NCBI GenBank assembly: GCA_951406725.2
Contig: OX597820.1
Span: 76,384,001 to 76,448,000, forward strand
Direction of reading: 5' to 3'
DNA from: Octopus vulgaris
Lineage: Eukaryota
DNA: 64,000 nt
Below are positions 43,961-60,049 of this stretch, one piece after another (the stretch's first letter is position 1; every line of letters starts with the position of its first letter). The notes under the pieces are model-generated. The model did not search any database. It was not told where the DNA came from and was given only the letters and a program-made list of their open reading frames with translations. The translations under genes and the position numbers were made by a program.

Positions 43961-44562
43961 AATTATATACGTCAGAGGAAACAGTGCTGGGACTCATGAC
44001 ATATGAAAATAAGAACTAGAACAAAAATAGATAATAATCCGAGGGATCACTTTTTACACGCTGTCCTAAAGATACCCTAATAATTCAGGTACAGATTCTA
44101 TTGAAAACATTTTCCCATTCAGTAACACAACTCACTTAGCGGCGATCCTAAACAATTGCTTGCCAATAACAAAACTTTAAATGCAAAACATTAAAATAAC
44201 ACAAGAAATAACGAAAAGAAAACCGACACACAGAAAGCAAATTGGATCTAACACGCACATTGACGGAGATACACAAAAACATAGGCATAAACTCGCATGC
44301 ATAGAAACACGCACTCTTCTACTTCATCACAAATCGATATTGCACATTGCTGACAAAATACAGAGCGGAACCTAATGGTGCAGTTGAAAAATTCGCTTAA
44401 AACTACTGGAAACATGAACATAATGATAATGATATTAACAGCCTGATAATCTTAGCCATGCGTCAATGCTCTGGTGCACTTCTTATTTTTTCTCATTTAG
44501 ATTTTTTTTTTGCTGAGATTCATCAGCCATCATCGTCTCTCTCCTCCTCCTCCTCCTCCTCC

Positions 44563-44623
<61 letters not shown>

Positions 44624-45169
44624 TATCATCCTCATCCTCATCATCATCATCATCATCATCATCACCATCATCATCACCATCATCATCGTCGTCGCCGTCT
44701 TCAGTTACACGGAAAACTACAACAACAGTTACGTTTTGAGCATAATCAACGTCGTTAAATTCTCTTAAGTAACATACAACCTCAATTAGTATAAATACAT
44801 GTGTTTGTATTGTATGGTAGGTAAGTGTGTATATATGCATATACAGGCACACATTAATACCTATACATACATATCGTTACTATTATCTCAAACTGTCGTA
44901 TGTCCAAATTTGGCCAGATGCGTTTTTATTTTCAATATTTATTTTTGCTTCCAAAGCGGGTTCTTTTGGTCAGACTATTGTATCTCCAATTACTTCCGAT
45001 GTCCAAATATCAAAAATTGTCAAAGTTTAATACAACGGTTTTACTATGGAATGGTGAAACTAATTTCCACTTTCTGTAAAAGCAACGTTTAGGACTTACG
45101 ACACTTTTGCATAATAGCAACCTTATATATTTATATATATATACATATTTATACATATATATTTATACA

Positions 45170-45278
45170 TACGTGGAGTGTATGAAAGATTTTGAGCCTT
45201 GAAGTCTTGTACCTTCATCAGAAATCTTGTACCATGATTGTTTTTCTGAGGCTCAAGACTTTTCATACACCTCTTGTG
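45170..45278. mobile_element. Mariner-type mini-MITE
   Basis: Inverted ends TACGTGGAGTGTATGAAAGATTTTGAGCCT and AGGCTCAAGACTTTTCATACACCTCTTG. Confidence 0.65.
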
Positions 45279-45580
45279 TATATGTATACATACATATATA
45301 CTTAAGTATGTGTGCGTGTGTGTATGTGTGTGTATGTGTGTGTATGTACTTCCATACATGCGTACGTATATACATAAACACACGAATATATATCGTAAAT
45401 ATTACTATAGTGAGAAATTGCCTGTCGATTGTTTTTATATCTTGAAATTTTCAATAGTACAGTAATCCCTCGATTATCGCGGGTTCCAAAAAACCTCCCA
45501 CAGATCTAAAAAAAATATAAATACCTGTCGTTCGCAGAGACCTGCGATATACTGATGAGTTCGCGATATAAATTTACATA

Positions 45581-46281
45581 AACTTATTTGGAAATGGATG
45601 TGTGGCGTTCAATTAAATTATAATACAAATAATATATATGTGCACATATAGGTGCAGGACGTCACCAACAGTAAACAACATGAAACACGAATATAAATAA
45701 GTTGAATACGCAAGTAACGAGAGAAAAAATGGAAAACAGGACAAGTAATACAGAGAACGACCCTTCATCAGTTGTCGGCTATCTGTCTGATCCTCATTTC
45801 GAGCAGTCGACAATATGAGTCTTCAAAGACAGTTTCCCCCGTAAATACCATAAATTTTTGGATTTATGGAGGGTCAAAGTTGTGAACAAAAACAGGACAG
45901 TGGAGACATACAGGGAAACCGAACGAAAACAAACATGGAGGGTCGTTAGACCAGAACGAAAGGAAAATAGTGAATGCTGAGAGAAATATTTTCTTTGAAA
46001 AGAGAAAAGATAGAAGAAAGAGATATAAGACGTCCAGTCCTTAGAACGTCCGTGCAGGAAAAGAAAGATAGTCGCGTGAGGAAAAGAAAGATGGACGCTG
46101 GTCACGTGTGAGAAACGAGAGAAAGAAGAAGAGAAAGAAAGGAAGAAAGAGAGAGAGAAAGAGAGAGACAGATAGAAAACAGTGAAGGGGAGAAAATGGA
46201 ATTAGAATAGAGTCGCATCAAAAAGGTTAAGATAAACTGACTCGGAAATGGATATGTGGCGTTCAATTATATAATAATATA

Positions 46282-46333
<52 letters not shown>

Positions 46334-46457
46334 CATATATGGGTACAAGACGTCGCCAACAGCATTTAACTCATTTGATTTCGTATTTCATGTTATCTAC
46401 TGTTGGTGTCCTCCTGTACCCATATAAGTATATATATATATATATTATTTATATTAT
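45581..46457 (-). mobile_element. Penelope-type pLTR insertion (direct plus inverted partial repeats, HHR, 14-bp TSD)
   Basis: Direct repeat at 45590 and 46243, inverted copy at 46375-46457, TSD TATAAATTTACATA (45567-45580 and 46458-46471), HHR-like core at 45783-45832. Confidence 0.75.
45783..45832 (-). ncRNA. Degenerate type-I hammerhead with possible pseudoknot
   Basis: CTGTCT-TTGAAGA-..TTGTCGACTGCTC-GAAA-T-GAGG-ATC-AGACAG. The loop TTGTCGACT is complementary to downstream AGCCGACAA with one mismatch. Confidence 0.5.
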
Positions 46458-47319
46458 TATAAATTTACATATATTAGCCAGAAAAATCAGCGATGTACTG
46501 AATGCGTGATAGGTGAACGGTGATATGGCGAGGGATTGATGTATTCGATATCTGGATATTAATTGATTTTCGATATTACGTTATTCTAAGGCCGGCCAAA
46601 ATGCTAAGCAACATTTCGCCCGTCTTAACACTATGAGTTCGAATTCCACCGTAGTTGACTACCCCTGATCTTTTCGGGATCTACAAAATAGGTACCAGAT
46701 GATCAACGGGGCCAACTAATTCACTACTCCCGAGCTAGTTGCCCTTTTTTCCAAAATTCGAAGACAATAATATGTTACTCTATAAGAAGAGGGTACCACC
46801 AAACTGAATAGAAAGTTAACTGAAAGTGGATTTAGGGTCTAGATTTTAGTACTGAGATGAGAGTATTTTTAGAGTCAATAAACTTGATACATCAATGTCT
46901 GGGATTACTGATAGATGGCGACACTGAACAAATCGGGTGTTTTCACACCTTTTACCACGAGAGAAATATTTTCTCCATGGTATCTGCAGTATATTTGACT
47001 TTTAGCAGTTGAAATGTGTCACAAACATATTTAGACTAACCTAAACTTTGTATATGCCGAAACACTGCTTGGCACTAACATTTCGTTAAAATTTTAATAC
47101 TGCCAGTAATTGAAGTCTACAATATTGATAACAAAAGGTTAGATGCTACATCTCCCCCAGATCGTTACTTCCTCCTCTGCCTCGCAATACGTCCCAACTT
47201 ATCACCCAAACACCGTGCCACCAACATGTATTTTCTCCGAATTAACAGCCTCGTTAAAACGTATTCCACTCGTTTGTCTCCTTCTTCGGCACTTTGACTA
47301 ATATATATACTCGACTCCG

Positions 47320-47682
47320 TTGGTCACGAATGACCAGAGGTGCACATAAAAGGTTTCCTCCGAGACGCAAGTCTGGGCGAAAAGTCGCTTCACCGGCGAA
47401 CGCATAACCGGAGGTTGTTTTTATGAAAGACCAGCGGTCACCATTGCATACCAGCCTCCCTTTTCCACGCCTCCAATGTTATCCAAGAGAGAGACAAAGG
47501 TCGATACAGCTTGGCACCAGTGGCGTTGAATCTCATTTCTACAGCTGAGTGAACTAGAGCAACGTGAAATAAAATCTCTTGCTCAAGACAAAGAGCACAA
47601 CACGCAGCCCGGTCCGAGAATCGAACTCAAAACCATACGATCATTAGCTCGACGCTCAAACCACTGAACCATACGCCTTCAC
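47320..47682 (-). mobile_element. tRNA-derived SINE (family C-type head)
   Basis: Minus-strand head GTGAAGGCGTATGGTTCAGTGG..AGTTCGATTCTCGG. Confidence 0.7.
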
Positions 47683-47683
47683 G

Positions 47684-47781
<98 letters not shown>

Positions 47782-47782
<1 letters not shown>

Positions 47783-47904
47783 ATTTACATTTGACGGATA
47801 TTTGTCCTCATCTTGTTTGCTGTTAACACAACATTTGTGATATACCCTCTAGCCTTCATCAGCTGTCTTGGGGAAATTTCGAACCTGGGTTCTCATTCCT
47901 AAGG

Positions 47905-47908
<4 letters not shown>
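47782..47908 (-). mobile_element. Single-arm copy of the 34086 HHR family, ribozyme decayed
   Basis: Matches 34133-34262. CTGATGAAGGCT is retained but the GAAA box is lost. Lies between (CA)n and (TTA)n. Confidence 0.8.
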
Positions 47909-47979
<71 letters not shown>

Positions 47980-47992
47980 TCAGGTTATATAT

Positions 47993-48280
47993 ATAAAATA
48001 GTTGTATACTGTCAACTTAACGTAACAGTCCCATGTAGGAAGTAATACTACTACTATTTAGCCCTAGGAAGCAGCAATGCTTCCTGTCGGCCTTGACACA
48101 TTTCCTGTGTCCTTATGTTTACACAGGAAATGTGTCAAGGCCGACAGGAAGCGTTGCAGCTTCCTAGGGCTAAATATTAGTAGTATTATTCCCTTCATGG
48201 GACTGTCACAATAAGTTGAAAGTATAGAACTACTTTATCGTATTACTACTGCATAAATCTCTCCGAGAGATTTAGAAATT
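47993..48280. mobile_element. Palindromic pLTR-type element (~118 bp arms, 10-nt loop)
   Basis: 47993-48110 pairs with 48121-48238 and the innermost 32 bp are perfect. Homologous to the 3832 and 30084 elements. Flanked by TA repeats. Confidence 0.85.
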
Positions 48281-48314
<34 letters not shown>

Positions 48315-48375
48315 TACATATGAGTTTTATAAATGCATCCAGCAATATTTTCGTTTTAGAAATAATCTTTCAAAA

Positions 48376-48750
48376 ATGTTGTGGTCGAGTGGTCAACAGT
48401 TCGCTTCCAAACCACATGATTTTGGGCTCGGTCTTATTACATGGCACATTGGGAAGTGTCTCCGTTCCAGGTTGACCAAAGCCTTCCGACTGGATTCGGT
48501 AGGCGGGAAATGAAAGGAGCCCGTCCGTGTCAATATTGTGGTGTGTATCACTGTCTGCCCCCCCCACTCCCACCGCTTGAGGACCGGTGTTGATGTATTT
48601 TCGCCCCGAAACTCAAGCGGTGCGGCGAAAGTGATCGACAGAATAAGTAGCAGGCGTTAAAAAGTAATGAAGAGGTAGATTCGTTCAACTAATAATTTTC
48701 AAGCCAGTGCCCCAGCGTGGCCGCATTCTAATAACTGAAAGAATTAAAAG
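48376..48750 (+). mobile_element. SINE family A, diverged
   Basis: Head and tail motifs are recognisable. Confidence 0.65.
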
Positions 48751-48799
48751 GCAATGTATATATATGTATGTATGTATACACATACACACACACATACAT

Positions 48800-48985
48800 G
48801 ATAAATCGCTAGCCACTACACATTCTTTCTTTTCTCTCCTTGTTTCTTTCTGTGTTCCCTTCTATGGAAGAGTGTAGGCTCGAAACGTTAAAGACATTTT
48901 CACTTCTCGAGCGTTATACTAATACATCTGTTTGTTGACTACACTACCTGTCTTCGTCTTTTGTTTCTTTTTTGTGAATTCTCTC

Positions 48986-48989
<4 letters not shown>
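48800..48989 (+). mobile_element. Solo pLTR related to the 5775-9320 Penelope element, with degenerate HHR (48857-48894)
   Basis: Shares GAAGAG.GTAGGCTCGAAACGTTAAAGAC..GAGCG..ATACTAATACA..ACCTG.CTTCGTCTTTTGTTT with the reverse complement of 5775-5980. Ends at (TA)n. Confidence 0.85.
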
Positions 48990-49041
<52 letters not shown>

Positions 49042-49627
49042 CTTATATATACATATATATATGTATATATATATGTATATATATGTATATATATACATAT
49101 GTGTGTATATGTGCACATGTGTATATAAATATATATATATACATATATATTTACATACACATATATATTTATACATGCATACACATACACATATATATGT
49201 GTGTGCGTGTGTGTGTGTATGTATGTGTGTGGGTGCTCATGTGTATGTGAGAGTAAATACATATCTGCATGTGTATATGTGAAGTCATGTTTTGCTTTTC
49301 ATTCCTCCTTAGCATCGATTTAGCCTTTGCTCCGTTCTAGTAACTCTATGGCTCTTAACACAGAAATCTCTGGCGTTATGCCAATGTAACAACAAGCCGT
49401 TATCATATTGAACTTGTCCAGTAAATATCTGTTTGAAATATTCCTGGTATTTCCGGAGATCTGGAATCACTATGAATTTCCGTTGAAGCTATTTATCTTC
49501 GGTATACCAGACAAAGGTATAATCCTCACAAATTCACTTTATAACTACCCCTTATGAATGTGGCTCCTTGTATTTAGTCAAAATATGAAAGAATTTCGTG
49601 CAAAGATATACTCGGAACATGGCTTTA

Positions 49628-50066
49628 GGCCGAGGCCATGCTGTATGGCAAGAAATTAGCTTCCCACACAAATGGTTTCCCATTCAGTCTCCTATAGACC
49701 CGGGCCTACCAGAACTTATCAATGAACTTCGTAGACAGAGACTCAATGAAACACCATCATATATATATATAAAATTAAATAAGGGTAGAAATTGATATCA
49801 ATCAATTAAAACCATGGCCTGGCATATTTAAAAAATCCGAAATTTAAAAATTATTTTACACACAAAATTTAGCCTATATGCTAGATATAGACGATCTTTT
49901 TTGGTGAGTTTCTTCTTGAGAACATATTCTTCGTGGAAAATGGCGAGTTTGACGTCTATATCTAGCATAAAGGCTGTCCACTTCTAGTGGTCAGTCCTCC
50001 AAATTTTGTACATATATATATATGTATATATATATATATGTATGTATGTATATATATATATGTATG

Positions 50067-50105
<39 letters not shown>

Positions 50106-50432
50106 ATATATGTATGTATCTATGTATATACATATATTTATACGCACACGTATGTATATACCTATACATAAGCATATATATGCATAATCATTTATATGTA
50201 CACTGGCATATACATACACACACACACATGTGTGTGTATGCGTTTGCAATTGTGTTTGTCTGTCCACTAACCGCTTCACATCCGGTATTGGTTTGTTTAA
50301 GTCCACTTCACTAAAACTTTAACACAAAAGCACCGTGGTATTTTAAAAATAAATATGGAGTCGATTTGTTCGACTACACGTTTCAAGACGATGCTCCAGC
50401 ATGGCCGCAGTTCAATAACTGAAACAAGTAAA
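49628..50432 (+). mobile_element. SINE family A split by an insertion in its internal microsatellite
   Basis: Head 49628-49760, tail 50245-50432, insert 49770-50008 with a 23-bp inverted repeat (49871 and 49953). Confidence 0.55.
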
Positions 50433-50570
50433 AAAAAATTATAGATAAAAGAACACGAAGCATCATCATTCAAAATGATTGATAGTTTATAGATAGAGTT
50501 ATGACTAAGCCCCATTGTGATCACTCATCCTGTTAGATATAATGTATTGCAACATATACGATTTATTTGA

Positions 50571-50601
<31 letters not shown>

Positions 50602-52061
50602 GAAGAAAGAAAGAAAGAAAGGTAATAGGACAGTTGAAACAGAGTTTGGGCCTAAACAGCAGGAACAGTAACAATTATTTGGTGAGATAGTCTCCATTAA
50701 GACACTTGTACTGCAAAAATATCAACCAAATTCCTCTTAAATCACAATCTACAGCTTTTACAAATGTCTATAAAAAAAGAATACAAAATTTATATAAAAT
50801 TAATTAGAAATAAAACGGAAAAGTCATATTGCAGTTGTTTATCTAATCAACATATTGGATAAATTTAATTCATAACAAAAATGGCGGAGTTTGATCAAGT
50901 AACAAAACCAAACTACAACAACATCAGCAATCCAATATATTGGTTTCCCAATTGATTTTCTTTTCACTTGTTACAAACTCTTATGTTTAACCCTTTGCCT
51001 GTCCAACACATTTGCATAAGTTAATCTTAAACCTCCATGCTTGTTTTCTAACTTTTGGTTAGGCCTTGTTTCATACGCTCCGAGTAATATCATGCTTTCC
51101 TTCATAATTTTCACGATATTCTAGTGATTGAAAAAAATTGCTAGGGTATCATATGTTATGTATGGACACCAGGAAAATATGTCATTTGTGCTACAGAGGA
51201 CAGGCAAAAGCTTAGCGAACGCTTTTCCTTCATACATATATATAATTGTAAAATCTACACTTTTTTTTACGATAAAGTGGGAAGGAAGATATATAAATTT
51301 GCATCGAGGTTGTGGTCATCATATGAACATCCTTGCTATACAACTCATGCAGCGTTTGATACAAAGATGGTAATAGAATTACCCAATGCTCCACTAATAC
51401 AACAGTTGAATATGGTATCACAAATTCCACTCATAATATCATTAAAAAAAATTTTGCCTGGTCAGACCTAGTTTTAAATAGAAAAAACTTAAAACAGCAA
51501 ACTACAAACACAGAGTCGTCAAAGGCATGCCGTCACATCGTTCGACTTTTCTGTTTTGGATTCTTATCCATAAAGCTTACTAGCTTCGAACCTCCTCATT
51601 TCCGGCTAACCTGACTCAATCCTCTCTTCATTTTCGTCATTCACATTATGTGTGTTGCGTACCGTTGACATCGCACTAACGATTTCCTAAAGTATTTTTT
51701 CTCATACATTCATCTCACTGTAATTCACTATATGCTCAGAATATTTCGTTTTTCTATTAATTGGTTGCATGACTCTTGATGTGTACTCGTGTAGAAATAT
51801 GTTTTGTTGTTTCCGGTGACAAACACACACACACACTGGTTCTATTTCACTTCTGTATTATTTATACATCAATTGCTTAATTATTTGATTAATTTACTAA
51901 TCGTTTGTTGGATTAATCGTTCGGTTAAGTTAATCAATGACTTAATCAAGTGAACGATCAGTTAAATTTGACACAGTCCTAACTGTACGCTAAGTCAAAC
52001 AATGTATGATTTCATTGGTTAAACCATTAACCAACTGAAAAATAAATAATAAGCGCATTCG

Positions 52062-52490
52062 TGGATATGTGGTAAGAAGTTTATTTCCCAACATCATGGT
52101 TTCGGTTTCAGTCCCACTGCGTGGCACCTTGGACAACGTTTTTCTACTATAGCTTCGCGCTGACTAAAGCCTTGTGAGTCGATTTGGTAGACGGAAAATG
52201 AAAGAAACCCGTTGTATATGTATGTGTGTGTATGTGTTTGCGTGTCTGTGTGTGTGTGCGTGTGTGTGTATGCGAATGAGCGTGTGTGTGAATATATGAG
52301 TGTCTATGTGCCTGTGTTTATGTACCCATAACTTAGCAGCTGGACAAAGTGACCGATAGAATAAGTGTCAGTCTTTAAGAAAAGAAATAAATGCTGGGGC
52401 TGAATAAATCGACTAAAATTCTTGAAGGCCGTACCCCAGCATGGCCACAGTCTAATGACTGAAACCAGTAAAAAGCAAAAGAAATGAAAA
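52062..52490 (+). mobile_element. SINE family A, full length
   Basis: TGTGGTAAGAAG..TCAGTCCCACTGCGTGGCACCTTGG..CCAGCATGGCCACAGTCTAATGACTGAAAC. Confidence 0.8.
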
Positions 52491-53339
52491 CATTCGCTCA
52501 AAGTAGACTTGCATTGAAGAAAGCGTGTCTTCGATAAAGTTGCAAATGGCGACGAAAAGATTTTTACAAACCTAACAGAACGATTAATCAAACAAGACAT
52601 TCAGTTAATTGGTTAAACCGTTAACCAACAGAAAAATAAATAATAATCAAATCACATAGAAACAGTGAGTGTGTTATTATTGTTACTATTCGCTCGTCTG
52701 TACTGTTCCATTCCCTTTCAGTGATCAACTTGAAGCTGTAGTTGAATTGTATCAACTCCACCGACTACACGAGTTTGGTAGGGACAACAAGTGGGTTCTA
52801 TAGACCCTCGTTCTCCAGAACAAATCATTAGAATAATATTCAGAAATAAATATTGATGGAGATTTGTTTGCTTTGCTCTTTATTTCTCCCATCTTTTATA
52901 TATTCTTTTGTGTATATTTCTTTTGATTAGTTCTGTGTGCTTAAGTCAGAAAAACAGAAAAGTGAGTTATATTATGTTTCTTTTGAGAAAGCAGATCATC
53001 ACTATAAAGTATGTTTTTTTTTTTTGTGCCGTTTTCGATTTGTTTTTAGTCTTCGCTTTACGATATTATGCACTATTTGGAAACACATACGCATGCATAG
53101 TATATTAAGGAGTGAAGTATTTCAAGAGAAATATAGCAGGAGGGATAGAGAGTGGGTGGGGGAAAAAAGAGAGAGGAAAAATACAGGAAGAAACAGAATG
53201 AGAGGAGAGAAGGCAAGGGAGGAACCAAAATGCATAAATACTGTCGGAAAAAAGAAACATCGAAAATCCATACATACTTAATAAAATTGCCATAGTAGTT
53301 ACACGTAATAAATAAATAGACATATAAATAAATACATCG

Positions 53340-56256
<2,917 letters not shown>

Positions 56257-57904
56257 TGAATAAATTCCCATGTGTACATTTAATAAACTACATACTGCCT
56301 CAATGTACAAATAGAACCTTTAGTTTCATTATCTCCCTCTCTCTCGCTCTTTATTTCTCTCACTCTCCTTTTCTATCTCCCCCTTCCTCCCCTCTCTCGC
56401 ATCTTCTCTCTCTCCACAGGATAAACTCTTGACCAGCTTGGTTAGTTTCAACTGGTTATTGCTCTCTTGTCAACATTGTACTCACGCTCGGTCTAAACGT
56501 CTATCTTCACACAGAGATTATTGCGGTAAGAATCTGAACTTAATCTTAATTGATCCACCCATACATTGTACATGTGTCAGTACATATGTATATATAAATG
56601 TATGCACGTGTGTATGTATATTTATATACATGCATGTATATATTCTAGTTTGCACCCGCATACACACATACATGTAGAGAGAGGTATATGCTTATAGATT
56701 TACACACGTTCACCCATCCACACACACAGGTATGTATCTAGTCACGCAATATACCAGGCATTGCTCGTGGTCGAGGTGGCACTGTATTGTTCTTAATGAA
56801 GACATATTCGTGTTCATAAAACAATTTTAGATATTTCGTTAAAAGATGTCTTTGATATAAAAGAGGAAATTGCTTCCCAATATAGACCGAGAGGCAGTCG
56901 TGATTTGATTAGACTTGAAGCTCCAAAATACTGGCAAGGCACATTATGTATACAAATGGTCGTAATGCCATTAAACGTGATTCTTAAGTATGCTTAGGTA
57001 TGGATTAATTAATTATGAGATAATCAACTTGCGAAAATAACAAATTTAATTAGACTTTAAGCTCTAGTAATGAATCACATTGCATATTACTCCTTAGACA
57101 CAAGTCATACTTAAATGAAAACTTAAGAAGGAAAAAAACGGGTATGGAAAAACAAATTAAGAAGTTTTAATTAGACACTTAATTAGGAATTAATTAGACT
57201 TTCTACTCCAGCGTCAATTTCTTCGCAGAATTGTTCACTAAACCCAATTGAATCTATTCATGTCACTTAAGAACCATTTTAGGTATGGATTTATAATTTA
57301 AGAAGCATTTTCTACTAATCACTATACGCTAATTATGAAGAAATATACAGAAACACTGTTTTCAAGCTACATGATGAATGCAACATACAAACGTGTCTTA
57401 GACCCAGTTAACATGAAAGAAGAAATTAAGAAACATCCCAGACAATAAGAAACCTTTTAATTAGATCATGAATCAGGTCTTAATTAGAGTTTCTGCTCCG
57501 GTGTAAATTTCTACTCGTAATATAATCATAGCATGTAAGAATCATTATAGGTATGGATTCCTAATTTAAGAAGCATTTTCACTAATTAACATATCCTCCT
57601 CATTGAATATGGAAAAATACCTTTAACTGGCATCGGAATTCTTCCTCCACTACTGATGCTGACTTCTGTCAATATATAATGCATGTCGCTTTCTTTCAAT
57701 CAATTCTTTACTAATATTCATTCGCATTCAGATCATCAGAATACGAACACGCCTGATTTTCATCTTCCTCTAGTCAACACATTCAGTAAGGGGACATCAA
57801 AAATAAATTATCATGGAGGACCATTACTCACTTGGCGATCCTGGGCAACCTCCATATTTCTCCGATCTTGTCACCTCTCAAACTGATCCCCACCTGATTC
57901 AGCA

Positions 57905-58780
57905 ATGAATATTGGCGGGTCCCGGTCGGAAACTGCGGATGTAGCTTCGGCCTGTCAGCCTCCCGTTGTAAATGATCGTTCATTACACTGTGTTATCCAC
58001 AGCAGAAAGTCTAAAGAGAGCGCTGAAAGTGGACTTCTACATCCGCTCTCAGAGCAGAAATGGCGATCCATCCAAAACGCCGCATCAAAACGCTCAAGTA
58101 AAAAAAGATTCCGTACATCCATTTATTACGACATCATCCGAAAGCTACCAGAAACATTTTCTGATTTGCACGGATACCACAGTGGTTGTTATAAAGATTT
58201 CACAGCTATCACAGATGAGGTTCAGCCTCTAGAAACGACTCCTAATCCATTACCAAGAAAACGCAAAATACCAACAGTGGTGCCCACATCTTCTGCCGGC
58301 ATTTACTCTCAGGTTTGCGTATTCTGCGATTTGAAGTGGAAGTCGAAAGGCCGGAGTTGAGAAGAGAGTCTGACTACTTGTCAAACTTTCAATGTTCAAG
58401 AGTCAATTAAATGGGCAGCCACGACAATAGCAGCAAAAAACAATGATGACACTGTGCTCCGAAAAATCACTGGAATAAATATGATCGCTGAAGAAGTAAA
58501 GTACCATCAAAGCTGAAATAATATTTTCTCCAAGCGTGCGCGAGCTTTGAAGGAAAAGGATGACAAAACGAGTGAACCAAAATTACTTTCTGACTACATA
58601 AGAGAATACCTACTGAATGAGAAACGACCGGAATTGCTGATATCACTTTACACACGACATGTCGAATATTGCCAGGATGCCGGGGTTGATTCGTTTTCAA
58701 CAGTTCAGTATTTGAGTAAATGGATCGTGCGAAAATTCGAAGACAATATCAAAGTACAATTGCCCAAGGGTAATTCTTGA
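57905..58780 (+). pseudogene. N-terminal part of a putative large DNA-transposon protein (superfamily uncertain)
   Basis: One frame of ~290 codons with two TGA stops. Motifs GYHSGCYKDFT, CVFC, LTTCQT and MIAEEVKYHQS(C). Confidence 0.6.
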
Positions 58781-58882
58781 ATTAGGAATCCATACCTATC
58801 AGCACCACCCCAGGTGGTGCTATTAAGTTAGACATGGCCTGGGCCAATAATGGCCGAAACCTATCAAAGTATCAAAGTATCA
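58778..58882 (+). mobile_element. CR1 3' tail fragment
   Basis: CCAGGTGGTGCTATTAA..ACATGGCCTG..GGCCGAAAC followed by repeated TATCAAAG; matches 63234-63293. Confidence 0.65.
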
Positions 58883-59370
58883 TTCTTACATACTATGATC
58901 ATATTCATTTTGATAAGCCGAATATTTTTGTGAAAGAATTTACACCGGAGCAGAAAGTCTAATTAAGACCAAATGAACGATCTAATTAAAGATTTCTTAT
59001 TGTCTTCCAATACCTGGGATGTTTCTTAATTTCTTCCTTCAATGTCAACTGGGTCTAAGACATGTTTCTATGTTGCATTCATCACCGTAGCTTGAAAACA
59101 GTGTTTCTGTATATTTCCTCTTAATTAGTGCGGGGTGCTTAGGGCAAGTGCCTGCTACAATAGCCGCGGGTCGAGCAGTGCTGCGAAGGAAGACAGTGAA
59201 ACGTTTCAGAAAACTTGGTCGTTCTGAGCGAGAGAGAGAGAGATGGGGAAGGAGGAGAGAGAGAAAAAGAGAATACAGGTCTTAACTCTAAGCTGTCCGT
59301 TTTCGGAAAGAGAGAGGGAGAGAGGTAGAGAGAATGAGTGAGTAAGAGAGAAATATAGAGGTAGTGAAAG

Positions 59371-59427
<57 letters not shown>

Positions 59428-60049
59428 AAGAACTAGTGTGATGTGGTGTGAGTAATGTCGGAGATGGTGAAGGCAATGTGAGAGCTTCATCATGGAGTCT
59501 AGTGTATAACGATGTGAGAAGAAGTTAAGTGTAGGAGAGAGATGGTTAAAACAGTAACAAAACCAAGGCCCGAGGAAATGGTAAGAGCAACTTAGAGGAA
59601 GTGGACAAAAAGGCAAGAGGAAAATCCAGACAAGTACAATAACAAGGCTGCAGCGATAAATATGGCGAGATTTGGAATGAATTGACCAGAGTGGCCTGAA
59701 CAAAGGATTCATACAAGTTGCATAAGAAAAATAAATTAGAAAACTAGTAAGCCATGAGTATATTAAATAGTGATGAGTATGAGTTGCAGAGCCAAAGAAG
59801 AGATACGGAGAGTATGCATGTTATTTTGGATAGTAAACATTCAACGGGTAAGAAAAAGAAAGAAAGGAATTTGTGAGGAAGTTGAAAAGAAAACCGCCAT
59901 ATTTTGCGGCGTATGAGACGTGAATCTTTATTTTTAAATTTATCCAAAAAATTGCCCTGCGCCCAAACTTACGACTGGAAGACCAAGTGTTGCTGACCAA
60001 GGACCCAGATAAGGCTACGTCTCTTAGACGCAATAATTGCTACTAATAG

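Larger units (their letters stand above)
45458..46542. mobile_element. Tigger/pogo-like MITE split by a PLE-type insertion
   Basis: TA-CAGTAATCCCTCG ... CGAGGGATTGATG-TA. Confidence 0.65.
56780..59130 (+). mobile_element. Foldback-type DNA transposon relic with long, sub-repeated TIRs
   Basis: 57327-57512 is inverted at 58936-59130. The left side has sub-repeats of ~270-290 bp period (TAGGTATGGATT, TTAATTAGA). Contains an internal decayed ORF. Confidence 0.65.

Noticed and set aside
49300-49560. Possible third Penelope RT remnant (minus strand LSGIPKIN)
   Set aside because: A single weak motif that cannot be supported without a search.
58514-58516. In-frame TGA at the expected Cys of YHxxC, as possible selenocysteine
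   Set aside because: The frame has another TGA and is truncated, and no SECIS was identified, so simple decay is more likely.
58835-58865. GGCC-loop-GGCC-GAAAC as a hammerhead (also near 63260)
   Set aside because: There is no CUGANGA box or stem I; it is the CR1 3' terminal stem-loop.
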